Of a DNA stretch of 64,000 nucleotides, positions 12,093-24,087 are shown piece after piece. A program made the position numbers and the translations under genes. The stretch comes from Mobula hypostoma (taxonomy: Eukaryota). The notes below the pieces were generated by a model, which worked only from the letters and a program-made list of their open reading frames with translations, was not told where the DNA came from and did not search any database. Position 1 is the stretch's first letter; each line of letters opens with the position of its first letter. The stretch lies in contig NC_086097.1 of NCBI RefSeq assembly GCF_963921235.1, positions 19,160,001 through 19,224,000 on the forward strand, given 5' to 3'.

Positions 12093-13047
12093 GAAGAAGA
12101 GTAAGAAGCTCTTAATTGTTTTTAGAAGCTGTCCAAGTTCAAGGGTAATCCGGGTTGGTGACTGGAACCAGGCCTTTTGAGTAACTACACTGTTCCAAAA
12201 ATGGATAAAGAAAGACAGGAGTGAGGTTAGTGTTGGAGGCCACGGTGAGATCCAGCCCATAATCATCTCCAAACTGACAGCTTGTAGATAACACTTAATT
12301 ACACAGTGAGAACAGACTGCCTGCACAGACGGAATGGAGAAAGATAATATTAGCAGATTCAAATATGAGCATTTTAAGCTAATTATGGATTTGAGGAACA
12401 TTGGGTAAGGAATGCAATAGATTTTTTAAACCACAGGAAACTTTATTCCCATCACATTGCATTCCGATAGGAATAGTAAGCAACTGAATAGGAAGGGTGT
12501 ATTAAATTGTTAAAAGCACATAGACTTGTACATATCCAAAACCTCATGCTCCAAGAGCATTGGAAGGAGCTGCCGGAAATACAACCATTCGTGTGAATCA
12601 GCAAACAGATGCCTCTTCCCTACAGCAACTATGAGATGACTGAGTAGTCGCTCTGTATATTTGATTTCAGAGCCACATCTTACTCTCCTGTGACATTATT
12701 CCAGAGAGTGAAAGCCACGTAAAATGATATCTTCAAAGGAAAATAGAGTTTGAAATTTTATTGCACAGGAATTACAAAACAGTCATTCTGCCCAATCTAC
12801 CACCATGTTGCTGTTTCAGACCATAAGACCACAAGATACGCAAGCAGAATTAGGCCAAGGAGCTGATTCATTTTCCCTCTCAGCCTCAATCTCCTGCCTT
12901 CTCCCCATTTCCCCTTATGCCCTGACCAATCAATAATCTATCAAATTCAGCTTGGTATATACCCAATGACTTGGCCTCCACAGCTGCCTGTGGCAACAAA
13001 TTCCACAGATTCTCCACTCTCTGGCTAAAGAAATTCTTCTTCATCTC

Positions 13048-13788
13048 CTCAATGTCACAAGAACAAAGAGCTGATTGTGGACTACAGGAGGAATGGAGAC
13101 AGGCTCACCCCCATTGACATCAATTAATCTGGGACTGAGAGGGTGAACAGATTTAAGTTCCTCAGCATACACATCACCGAGGATCTCACATGGTCTGTAC
13201 ATGCCGGCTGTGTGGTGAAAAATGCACAACAGCGCCTCTTTCACCTCAGACGGTTGAAGAAGTTTGGCATGAGTACCTAAATCCTAAGGACTTTCTACAA
13301 GGACACAACTGAGAGCATCCTGACTGGCTGCCTCACTGCCTGGTATGGGAACTGTACCTCCCTTAATCACAGGACTCTGCAGAGAGTGGTGTGGACAGCC
13401 CAGCGCATCTGTAGATGTGAACTTCCCACTTTTCAAGACATTTACAAAGACAGGTGTGTAAAAAGGGCCCAAAGGGTCATTGGGGAGCCGAGTCACCCCA
13501 ACCACAAACTGTTCCAGCTGCTACCATCCAGGAAATGGTACCACAGCATAAAAGCCAGGACCAACAGTCTCCGGGACAGCTTCTTCCACCAGGCCATCAG
13601 ACTGATTAAATCATGCTAATACAATTGTATTTCAATGTGATATTGACTGTCCTGTTGTACATACTATTTATTACTAATTACTATAAATTGCACATTGCAC
13701 ATTTAGACAGAGACGTAACATAAAGATTTTTACTCCTCATGTACATGAAGGATGCAAGTAATAAATTTAATTCTGTTCAATTCAATTC
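13048..13788 (+). mobile_element. Rex1/Babar LINE 3' fragment inserted in a CR1 3' end (~12819-13047, minus)
   Basis: Encodes TKELIVDYRR, FKFLSIHITEDLTWS, AQQRLFHLRRL, LFQLLPS and SFFHQAIRL; AATAAA plus (AATTC)n tail. Confidence 0.85.
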
Positions 13789-14056
13789 TAAAAGGACATC
13801 TATGTATTATAAGTTTTTTGCACATTATAAATGGGCTGGTCATAATCCTAGCCCATTCCCAACATCCATCATTACTGCCGGCTTCTGGAGAACTGTCCTT
13901 AAACTCCAGGCACTAAAGGTTAGTCCAAGTTCAAGAGCACTCCAGGATGGCGAGTGGATCCTGGCCTTTCCAGTAACTACAGTGTCCCAAAAATGGATAA
14001 AGAAAGACGAGAGTGAAGTTAGTGTTGGAGGTCACTGCAAGATCCAGCCCATAATC

Positions 14057-14361
14057 TAGGTCCAGAGTCTAGGACCAGAGGGCACAGCCTCAGAATAGAA
14101 GGGTGTCCCTTTAGAAGAGATGTAAGGAGGAATTTCTTTAGCCACAGGATGGGAGATCTGTGAAAGTCATTGCCACAGGTGACTATTTAAAGCAGAGTTT
14201 GGTAAGTTCTTGATTAATAAGGGGGTCAAAGGTTCGGAGGAGAAAGCAGTAGAATGGGATTGAGAGGAAAAATAAATCAGCTATGAGCGGATGATGGGTG
14301 GGTGGATAGAATGACTCAATGGGCAAAATATTCTAATTCTGCTCCTCTATCTTAGTGTCTT
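14057..14361 (+). mobile_element. CR1 3' end insertion
   Basis: ESRTRGHSLRI motif and CR1 3'UTR; TSD ATAATC at 14051-14056 and 14362-14367. Confidence 0.8.
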
Positions 14362-14832
14362 ATAATCATCCCAGAACTGACAGCCTGAAGATAACACTTA
14401 ACTTACACAGAAAGAACGGACTGCCCGCACAGTTGTAATGGAGGAAAATAATATTAGCAGATTCAAATACAAGCATAAAGCAGTATGACACAGTACTGGT
14501 CCTTCGGCCCACAATGCTGTGCTGTCATTTTAACCTACTCCAGGATCAATTTAACCCTTTCCTCCTACATAGGTCTCCTACCACTCCCAGCAATGCATTC
14601 CATGTCATTACCACTCTCTGTACAAAGAACTACCTCTGACATCCTCTCCCATCACCTTGAAATTATGCCTCCTGGCATTAGTCAATAGAACATGAGGGGG
14701 GAACTTCTTCACTCAGAGGATCGTGAGAGAGCGGAACGAGCTAGCAGCAGAAGAGATGGATGCAGGTTCGATTTCAACATTTAAGAGAAATTTGCATGGG
14801 TAAATGGATGGGAGGGCTACGGAGGGCTATGG

Positions 14833-15134
14833 ATGCCATCTTGGACAATGTCTCCCATCCAGTACATAATGTACTGGTTGGGCACAGGAGTACATTCAGC
14901 CAGAGACTCATCCCACTGAGATGCAACACAGAGCGTCATAGGAAGTCATTCCTGCCTGTGGCCATCAAACTTTACAACTCCTCCCTTGGAGGGTCAGACA
15001 CCTTGAGCCGATAGGCTGGTCCTGGACTTATTTCCTGGCATAATTTACATATTACTATTTAGTTATTTATGGTGCAACTGTAACGAAAACCAATTTCCCC
15101 CGGGGTCAATAAAGTATGACTATGACTATGACTA
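14833..15134 (+). mobile_element. Rex1/Babar 3' fragment (copy 2), inserted in a CR1 3'UTR
   Basis: Near-identical to ~372-705; ends AATAAAG(TATGAC)n. Confidence 0.85.
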
Positions 15135-15472
15135 GGTGCAAGTCGATGGAACTAGGCAGGATAATAGTTCAGCATGGACTAGATGGGCCGAAGGGTCTGT
15201 TTCTGTGCTGTAATGTTCTATGGCTCTATGATGGTTTTCCTCCCTGGGAGAAAAGTGCTAGATGTCCGCTTGATCTATGCCTATTATCATTTTATGCACC
15301 TCTATCAGATCACCTATCATTCTCCTTTGCTCCAAAGAGAAAAGCCACAAGCTTGATTAACCTTTCCTTATTGGTTATATTCTCTAATCCAGGCAGCCTC
15401 CTGATAAATCTCCCTTGCGCCCTTTCTAAGGCTTCCAAATCCTTCCTATAACAAAAATTTTACCACACTAAG

Positions 15473-15700
15473 TGAAGCACATTCAATAGCTCCAAAAGAC
15501 TGAAGTAGGGTAAATACTGAAAGGCTTTTATTCGCTGTACAATACGACCTCCATGCTGAGTGTCTGCCCCTGGACTGAGGGGGAGGGGCAAGGAGAAATC
15601 ACCCTTATTCAGGGGTCTGTAGGAGGAGCCACAGGGGCAGTCAGCAGAGGGGTGTGTCCAGACAGGTAACTCAGTTACAACGTATATATGGTTTACCACA
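15473..15700 (-). mobile_element. Solo LTR (228 bp)
   Basis: The minus strand runs TG...CA with an internal AATAAA; 5-bp TSD CTAAG (15468-15472, 15701-15705). Second copy at 44565-44783. Confidence 0.8.
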
Positions 15701-17724
15701 CTAAGCATGGCCCAGTCCATTCCTAACCATCAAGTAATCAAGTATCCTGCATACTTAACTTGTCTTCCCACAACAACGATTTTGAGAACGCACCATGTTT
15801 TTCAAACCAGATGGTCTTCAACCAAACAGTCTGGGTTCATGGATGCTGTCTGCAAACATATCTCTTCTCAGCTACTCTTCTAAATGTGAAATCACTTTCA
15901 AGTAAGACTTATATCTTACATTATTTTATTACCTCCGCAGACCTTGATTTTATGTTCTTAACTGAGACCTGGTAAAAGCCAAATGACCACAGCCAGTTAT
16001 CTGATGTGTCCTCTGATTCTGAAAATTTCAGCATACTAAGGCCTAGCAGATGAGGTGTCAGACTTGCCACCATGTTCAAAAAGCATTTTAAGTGCACTGT
16101 ACTGTCTGTCAAAAAATTTTCAAGTTTTGGGGTAGATAATGTTTAAAATTTGTGGTAAGGATCCTGCTCTCTGCATTATCATTTATTGCTCTCCTAAATC
16201 CGGTGCCTACTTTCTCTAGGAATTCTCAGAATTCCTCTCCTCTATTATATCAAAATACTGTATGACAGGATTCTCATCTCTGGTGATTTCAATATGCACA
16301 TTAATATTCTCTCAAATGCAAACTCTATGTCAGCTAAATCCATGAGCTTGCTGGACAGACTTGATCTTACCCAGCATTCCCATCAACTTGGAAATACACT
16401 TGAATTAGTAATGACAAAAGAATTAAATATTATTAATGTCTCTCTGTCTGATACCAATATCTCTGATCAATTTTCTGTACTTTATATGCCCTCTTGCCTG
16501 GAAGCAAGACCATGAAAGAAACCACAGTTTTAAAAAATGGTTTCTTGATGCTGCAACACAACTTAAATTCTCTGAGCTGGCTAGTTTATCTGACCCATGT
16601 AACCCAAACTGCTCAGTAAATGGGAAGGTTGATTCTTTCAACAATAACTTGACAAATATATTAAACAGGGTGGCCTCATTTAGGGTTAAAAAGAAATCAC
16701 TTAGTAAAACTTCACCATGGTTAAACATTTCTGTCCAGGAGCTCAAGAGATCTTGCAGAGTAGCTGAGAGAAAATGGATTAGAAGTCCAACTTAATATTT
16801 TCAAGGGAAAACTTGGCTCCTTTAATGCTTCTATATGCTCTGCAAGAGCCCTTTTTCCCAAGATTATTACAGAGAATAGTGGTGATTCAAGAATATTGTT
16901 CTCAACTATTAACCGATTGTTGGACCTTGCCCCAACCTATAATATCCTCAGTCAAGCATCCACCGCTAAATGTGACAAATTCACAATATTTTTTAACCTA
17001 CAAAATTACTTCCTTTAGGGAGAGTTCAGTTACAGATAATGGTAACCAATCTTGTAAGAGGATGATATAGCCAATCTCATAAAAAAAAGACAGCAACAAT
17101 GTCAAAATTTACAAGTATTTCCAAGTCAGAACTCTACAAGATTGAAAGCGTATAAGAAAAAGCCACCCCTATCACAATTCTGTTTGGAAAATTATTAACG
17201 CTCCCCTTGAAAAAGGAGTTTTTTCAGATGCCTTCAAAAGTGCAGCTGTCAACCCTGTACTTAAAAAGCCAAACCTTGATAGTGAGGTATTAGCTAACTG
17301 CAGACCTATTTCAAAACTTCTCTTCCTGGACAAGATTCTTGAGAAAGTAATTTTCAACTAACTCAACAACCTTCTGAATGTGAACAATAGTCTAGAAAAG
17401 TTTTAGTCAAGTTTTAGAGCAAACCACAGCATGGAGACAGCCCTTACCAAAATTGTCAGCAACCTTGGGCTCATCACTGATGCCAGAGTGTCAGTTCTAA
17501 TTCTTCTAGATCTAAGTGCTGCCTTCGACGGAATTTACCACAACATTTTAGTAGGTAGCCTTGAGAACTGGGGTTGTCCTCTCTGGTAGAGCCTTAATTG
17601 TTTCCTTTCATATATCTGAGAGAAAATTTTTGTCTGTCTTGGAAACCAATTTTCTAAGAGATGCAATGTAGCTTCTGGTTTTGCTCTAGGAAGCTGTCTT
17701 GCTCCGCTCCCTTTCTCCTTATAC

Positions 17725-18532
17725 CAGTGCTTATAAAAAGTATTCACCCATTCTTGGAAGTTTTCATTCTTTATTGTTTTACAACATTGATTCACAGTGG
17801 ATTTAATTTGGCTTTTTTGACACTAATCAACAGAAAAAGACTCTTTTGTGTCAAAATGTAAACAGATCTCTACAAAGTGATCTAAGTTAATTACAAATAT
17901 GGAAAGTTTGTGAAGGTAGAGGGTAAAATGAATGCAGCAAAATACAGGGAAATTCTGGAGGAAAACCTGATGCAGCCTACAAGAGACTGCGACCTGGGAG
18001 AAGATTTGTTTTCCAGCAAGATAATGACCCCAAGATAAAGCCAAAGCTACACAGGGAATGGCATGAAAACAATGAAGTTAGTGTCCTGGAGTGGCCAAGT
18101 CAGAGTCCAGATCTCAAACCAGTTGATAATTTGTGGCTAAACTTGAAAAGGGCTGTTCACTCATGATCCCCATGCAATCTGACAGAGCTTGAGCAGTTTT
18201 GTAAAGAAGAATGGGGAAAAATTGCAGTGTCTAGATGTGCAAAGCTGATAGAGGCCTATCCACACAGACTCAAGGCTGTAATTGTGGACAAAGGTGCATC
18301 TAATAAATAGTGCCTTGAAGGGGGTGAGTAATTATGCAATCAATTATTTTGTGTTTAATAATTGTAATAAATATAATCCAATTTGTAGAAATTTGTTTTT
18401 ACTTTGACACGAAAAAATCTTTTCTGTTGATCAGTGTAAAAAAATACAAATTAAATCCATCGTGATTCAATATTGAAAAACAATAAAACATGAAAACTTC
18501 TGAGGGGGGGTGAATATTTTTTATAGGCAACG
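17725..18532 (+). mobile_element. Internally deleted Tc1/mariner transposon
   Basis: Long (~170-190 bp) TIRs starting CAGTGCTTATAAAAAGTATTCACCC, inserted at a TA within L2. Transposase C-terminal remnants FQQDNDPK, LEWPSQSPDL and EQFCKEEW...CAKLIEAYPHRLKAVI. Confidence 0.9.
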
Positions 18533-18953
18533 TACATACTCTCTCTTAGGAGACATCATTAGAGAGCAAAAACTTGATTTCCACAATTAAGCATAATTGT
18601 ATATCTCTGTTGAGCTTGACAATGAAAACTCCCTGTCTTCTCTGACTTCTGGTAAGATTGCAGTAAACAAATAGAGGCGCAATAATTTCCTAAAACGAAA
18701 TGAAGTTAAAACTGAAATATTTTTGGTTGGTCTAAAAGCCAATAGAGATAAATTTCTTGATAATCTTGGGAACTTGGCTTGCCTTGTAAAATCAGAAGCA
18801 ACAAGCCTGGGTATTATCCTTTATTTACATTTTAATTTTAAAACCCACATAAAGAAAGTGACTTGAGCAGCATTTCTACACTTAAGAAATATTGCAAAGG
18901 TATGTTCTTTTCTGTCATGTAATGCAGCTGAAAAACTAATTGACCAGATTACT

Positions 18954-19358
18954 TACTTACTTACTGCCCGATATGCCACTGGTGTTTAGGGCAGCAATGA
19001 GGATCTTCCATCTCTGGTGGTGTTCAAGGCTTCCCTCATCATGTAGTGGCTTCCTCTCAATTTTCACTACATGCAAGTCCCTGGTGGAGACTCAGGAATA
19101 CCGTCGCAGTCAGATGTAGAAGGATTCTTCATTGCTGTTTCTGTAACAATTTTGTTTGACCCAGTCAGGGTTGTTAGCCCTGAGCTGAACCCCCGAACCT
19201 GGAGGACCACTGGACCATTCTTAGTCTGGCCTCTACCCTTTGACCTGTTTGGTATCAGTGACCCTCCCAAAAGCCAAAGCATAAAGCCCTGACTCCAGCC
19301 AACATAGTTCTCTGGCTCACTGAGGCATGCAAGCCAAAGATGTGGCCCTCTTGGAGGA
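18954..19358 (-). mobile_element. RTE-tailed non-coding retroelement nested in L2
   Basis: (TTAC)n tail; 12-bp TSD GACCAGATTACT (18942-18953) / GACTAGATTACT (19359-19370). Confidence 0.7.
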
Positions 19359-19477
19359 GACTAGATTACTCCAATGCACTTTTGACTTGCCTTGCAAAAC
19401 AACCTATTGACAAGCATCAACTCATTCAGAAGACCGCTGCTAGACTTCTAACTAAAACTAGGACGAGGGAGCATACT

Positions 19478-19664
19478 CCAACAAGAGAAAATCTGCAGAT
19501 GCTGGAAATCCAAGCAACCCACACAAAATGCTGGAGGAACTCAGCAGGCCAGACAACATCTATAGAAGAGAATAAAGGGTCGACATTTCGGGCCGAGACT
19601 CTTCATCCGGACTCATCAGTCCTGGTGATTGGCCTTGGCCCGAAACGTCGACTCTTTATTCTTT
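19478..19664. mobile_element. Short fold-back PLE derivative nested in L2
   Basis: Perfect 13-bp TSD GAGGGAGCATACT (19465-19477, 19665-19677); internal inverted pair of degenerate hammerhead-like motifs. Confidence 0.85.
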
Positions 19665-20440
19665 GAGGGAGCATACTAACTACTTGCATTGGCTTCCTGT
19701 ATCTTTTTAAATTGATTTTAAAGTTCTCTTACTTGCCTTTAGATCTCTTAATTGTCTGAGAGTGGCATACATCACAGAATTGTTTTTGTTTTATAATGCT
19801 GCTTGAGTTCTCAGATGTTCTACCTCCAATCTCTTAAATTTAAACAATCTCCAGCAAAAGATCATTGGCAGACCAACAATTCTGAACTACACCCCTAAAC
19901 TGTGAAATTCAATACCTGAAACTACAAGGGATGCAGATTCAGTTGACAGTTCTAATTGGCAGCTCAAAACCTATTTATTTAACCGCGCTTTTAACTACCA
20001 TCAATTTATCTTTTATTTTTCCATTTATTTCTGTTTATATTTTTCATTTTACTTTCATATTTGTACTTCTATCCCATTGTGAAGCACTCTGAACAACATC
20101 ATCTGGAGGAAAAGTGCTCTATAAATAAAGATTATTATTATTATTAATGCCCCTCAGCTATGTCTGGTTCTGCCTCCTGACAAACTACTGATACCTGGCC
20201 TTAACCACACCTGTCTCTACCCACTGAATCCCATCTACTCTGAAAGCGAATCTACCCTTGTCCCTGAAGTCCACCCAGTCACATCCCTAAGCCTCACCCA
20301 CAACATCACATCCACTCCTCATCCAAAGCAACCCTCATACCTCTCATACCAGGCAATCGCTTTGCCATCTTTGCATCTGTCCAAGTTTTATCCATATCCT
20401 GGTCCATGCTCACTGACCCACTAAAACACACACTCTACCC

Positions 20441-20518
20441 CAGGGGTTCCCAGCATTTAATGCCATGGAGCCTCACCAGTAACTGACGGGTCAATGGACC
20501 CCAAATTGGGATCCCCTG
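20441..20518. mobile_element. hAT-type MITE (78 bp)
   Basis: TIRs CAGGGGTTCCCA/TGGGATCCCCTG; 8-bp TSD CTCTACCC/CTCTACTG. Confidence 0.7.
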
Positions 20519-20659
20519 CTCTACTGATTCAAAGCCCAAACCACAACATGGACCAACCACAGTCAAACCACACCCACACCAGTCTCCGACCACAGCCTTC
20601 CCCACCCACAACAGTCTCAATCCACACCATAATCCCCCACAGCCCCTATACACACCACC

Positions 20660-21195
20660 TCCTCCCACATACAGACCATCCACACACAGAACCCACATGC
20701 ACACTGTCCCACCCACATACAGACCATCCCACCCATAATCCACATACAGAACATCCCCACCCACATTCAACATACACACTGTCCCCACCCACAGACCGTC
20801 TCCACCCTCAACCTACATCCACACTGACCCACCCACATACAGACCATCCCCACCCACAACCCACATACACACTGTCCCCACCCACATACAGACCGTCTCC
20901 ACCCACATACAGACCATCCCCACCCACAACCCACATACACACTGTCCCCACCCACATACAGACCATCCCCACCTACAGTCAACATACACACTGTCCCCAC
21001 CCACATACAGACCATCCCCACCCACAATCCACATACACACTGTCCCCACCCACATACAGACCATCCCCACCTACAGTCAACATACACACTGTCCCCACCC
21101 ACATACAGACCATCCCCACCTACAGTCAACATACACACTGTCCCCACCCACATGCAGACCATCCCCACCTACAACCCACATACACACTGTCCCCA
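20660..21195. repeat. 49-bp minisatellite (~11 copies)
   Basis: Unit ACATACACACTGTCCCCACCCACATACAGACCATCCCCACCTACAGTCA, with starts at 20982, 21031 and 21080 (period 49). Confidence 0.9.
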
Positions 21196-22830
21196 GCCAC
21201 AACCCTCATCCACAACTTCCCCACCCGAATGAACTCAGCCACACCAGTGCTCCCCCAAGCCACCCCCGCCTAGCCACCCCCATCTAAATCATCACCACTC
21301 ACAAATTCCCCATCCACACCAACACCACCCATGCACACCCTCCAACACCAGTCCCCACCCAACCAAACTCACCCACAACATCCCCACCCACAATATCCAC
21401 ACCCAGCCAAACTCACCTAAACCAATCCCCATCCAACAAAACCCACCCACAACATCCACACCCCACCCAACTAAACCCACATACAACATCCTCACCCAAC
21501 CAAACCAATACAAACTTGTCCCCACCTAAACCAATACGCACCCAAACCTGTCCCCATCCACCCAAATCAGTCTCCACCTAAACCAGACCCCACCCAATCA
21601 AACTCACCCAACCAATCCCACCCACAATATCCCCACCCAATCAAACTCACCCTAACCGGTCCCTACCCAACTGAACTCACCCACAACATCCCCAAGCAAA
21701 CAAACCCACCCACAGCATCGCCACCCAACCAATCCCACTCAAACCTGTCTCCATCCAACCGTACCTATGCAAACCAGTCCCCACCCAACCAAACCCACCC
21801 AAACCAGTCCCCACCTAAACCAGTCTCCAGCCAAACCAATCCCCATCCAAAGCAGTCCCCACCCAACCAAACCCACCCACAACATCCCCACCCAACCAAA
21901 CCAACCCACAACATCCCCACCCAACAAGACTCATCCAGACCAATCCCCACCCACATACATACTGTCCCCACCCAACCAAACTCCCCACACCAGTGCTCTC
22001 CCAAACCATCCCCACCTACCCACTCCCACCTGTATCATCACCACCCTCAACATCTCCACCAGTTTCTCCCATCTCCCTCCCTCCCCCCATCAAATCCCAA
22101 CATGCAAATCCCCCATCCCCACACTGATAATCCTGCCCACACTGGGTCCAAACTGCTCCCAGTATGTCTGATTTCACCCCAGTTGCTGCCACCATCCCAT
22201 ATAACCCAATCCAAATGTCCACACCCAGCCTAAACCTTACCCCCAGGTTCCTCTCAGCCCTTCAAATCTTGGTCTAACCAGGCCCCAATAATTTCAGAAG
22301 CCCACTGCAAGCGGCTAACCCTGGCTACCCCACCCCACCTAAACTTAGCCCTTGTTCCACGCCTCACTATGCCCCATTTCTGGTCCCAGCTACTAGGCCT
22401 CATTCTCCTACCAGATCCACACTTTTCAACAACTACTTAACCACATCTCTGCTCACAAAGCCCATCCACATCATGTCCCCCATCACAAACCCCATCCATA
22501 CCACATACCCTCCCACTCCACATACCGCCTCACAGATCCCACCCACACCACCCCTTTCCGCACAGACCCCACCCACACTACATCTCACCTCACAAGCCTC
22601 CCACACCACATCCCCCTCACAAACACCACCCACACCATGCTCATCATCCTAACCCCCACACACACTATATCTCTCCTTCCAAAACCCCACCCATAGACAT
22701 CTCCACATGACAGATCCCACCCAGACCACATTCCCCCTCTGAAACTAAACCCATAGCACATTTCCCATGACCTGCTCCATCCATACCACACCACCCCCTC
22801 ACAGATCCCACCCACAACTATTCCTGCACA
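21196..22830. repeat. C/A-rich low-complexity/degenerate tandem region
   Basis: Recurrent CCCCACCCAACCAAAC motifs; very few G on the + strand. Confidence 0.85.
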
Positions 22831-23351
22831 CTGATCATTAATCATTAGACCATACAGACAGATTTGTCCAATGGCTCAGGGACTGATGTAGCGCTGTGGG
22901 AGATTCAATGGGACAGGTGCTGACCAGGAGGAGGGAGAGAGGGTAGAAGATCAGATAGGATTAGGTTCAGCAGGGCGAGGAGGTTGAGGGACCCCAGTGA
23001 CAATAAAAAATGTTTTCCCTTCCCCACAGGAAAATACAACCCATCTCATCCATGTGTCCCTCCGCCAGCTGTTGAAGGTCAAGGACATGAAGCATGTATG
23101 TTTGATTGGAGTTTCCAGCAGTCCGTGCATGGTCCATGCGACCATTTTCAGTCAGTCTTGCATCCTGCATTGTACTGTGATGCTGCCTCATTGCACCTCT
23201 GCTTGCATGTACTTGCGCATACGACAATAATCTCAACTTCATCCTCATTCTAAGTTCAAAGTGCAAAGTAAATTTACTTTAAAATGATGTCACCATATAC
23301 TACCATGAGATTCAATTTTCTTGTAGGTATTCACAGTGGAACAAAGAAGAG

Positions 23352-23919
23352 CACTTAGTGGCCACCTAGTTAGGTAACTCCTGCACCTAATAAAATGGCT
23401 ATCGAGTGTACGTTTGTGGCCTTCTGCTGCTGTAGCCCATCCACCTCAAGGTTCGATGTTTTGTGCATTCAGAGATTCTCTACAACACACCACTGTTGTA
23501 GCGTGTGGTTGTTTGAGTTACTGCCGCCTTCCTGTCAGCTTGAACCAGTCTGACCATTCTCCTTTGACCTCTCTCATTAACAAGACCTTTTCTCCCATGG
23601 AACTACTGCTCACTGGATGTTTTGGTGTTTCTCGCGCTATTCTCTGTAAACTCTAAAGAGGGTTGTGCGTGAAAATTCCAGGAGATCAGCAATTTCTGTG
23701 ATACTCAGACCACTCAGTCTGGCACCAACAACCATTTCAGAGCCAAAGTCACCTAGATCACATTTATTCCCTATTGTGAGGATTGCTCAGCACAATTGAA
23801 CCTCTTAACCATGTCTGCATGCTTTTATGCATTGAGTTTCTGTCAGATTATTGGCTGATCAGAAAGTTTACATTAACATGCAGGTGTACAGGTGTACCTA
23901 ATAAAGTGGCCACTAGAGT
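23352..23919. mobile_element. Non-autonomous Tc1/mariner-like element
   Basis: Imperfect TIRs CACTTAGTGGCCACC...TTAGGTA and TACCTAATAAAGTGGCCACTAGAGT. Confidence 0.6.
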
Positions 23920-24087
23920 CAATGAAAAACTACACAAGAAAAATCTGGCAAGCAACCAGTGTGCAAATGAAGACACACTGCACAAATACAAAAAGCAAAT
24001 AATAAAAATAATAATAATAATAAATAAGTAAATAAATAATACTGAAAATGGGTTGTAAATTTTACTGTACATACCGAAGGGTAAACA

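Larger units (their letters stand above)
15760..20148 (+). mobile_element. Degenerate near-full-length L2 LINE ORF2 with three nested insertions
   Basis: Endonuclease motifs LNVKSL...FMFLTETW and GDFN; RT motifs PVLKKPNLD...RPISKL, HSMETAL, LLDLSAAFD and RLDYSNALL; L2 3' end TGTGAAGCACT...AAAGTGCTCTATAAATAAAG(ATT)n. Many stops and frameshifts. Confidence 0.85.

Noticed and set aside
20494..21273. 259-aa Pro/His/Thr-rich ORF resembling an extensin or mucin
   Set aside because: It lies on a 49-bp minisatellite (not a multiple of 3) in G-poor DNA, where stop codons are rare by composition.
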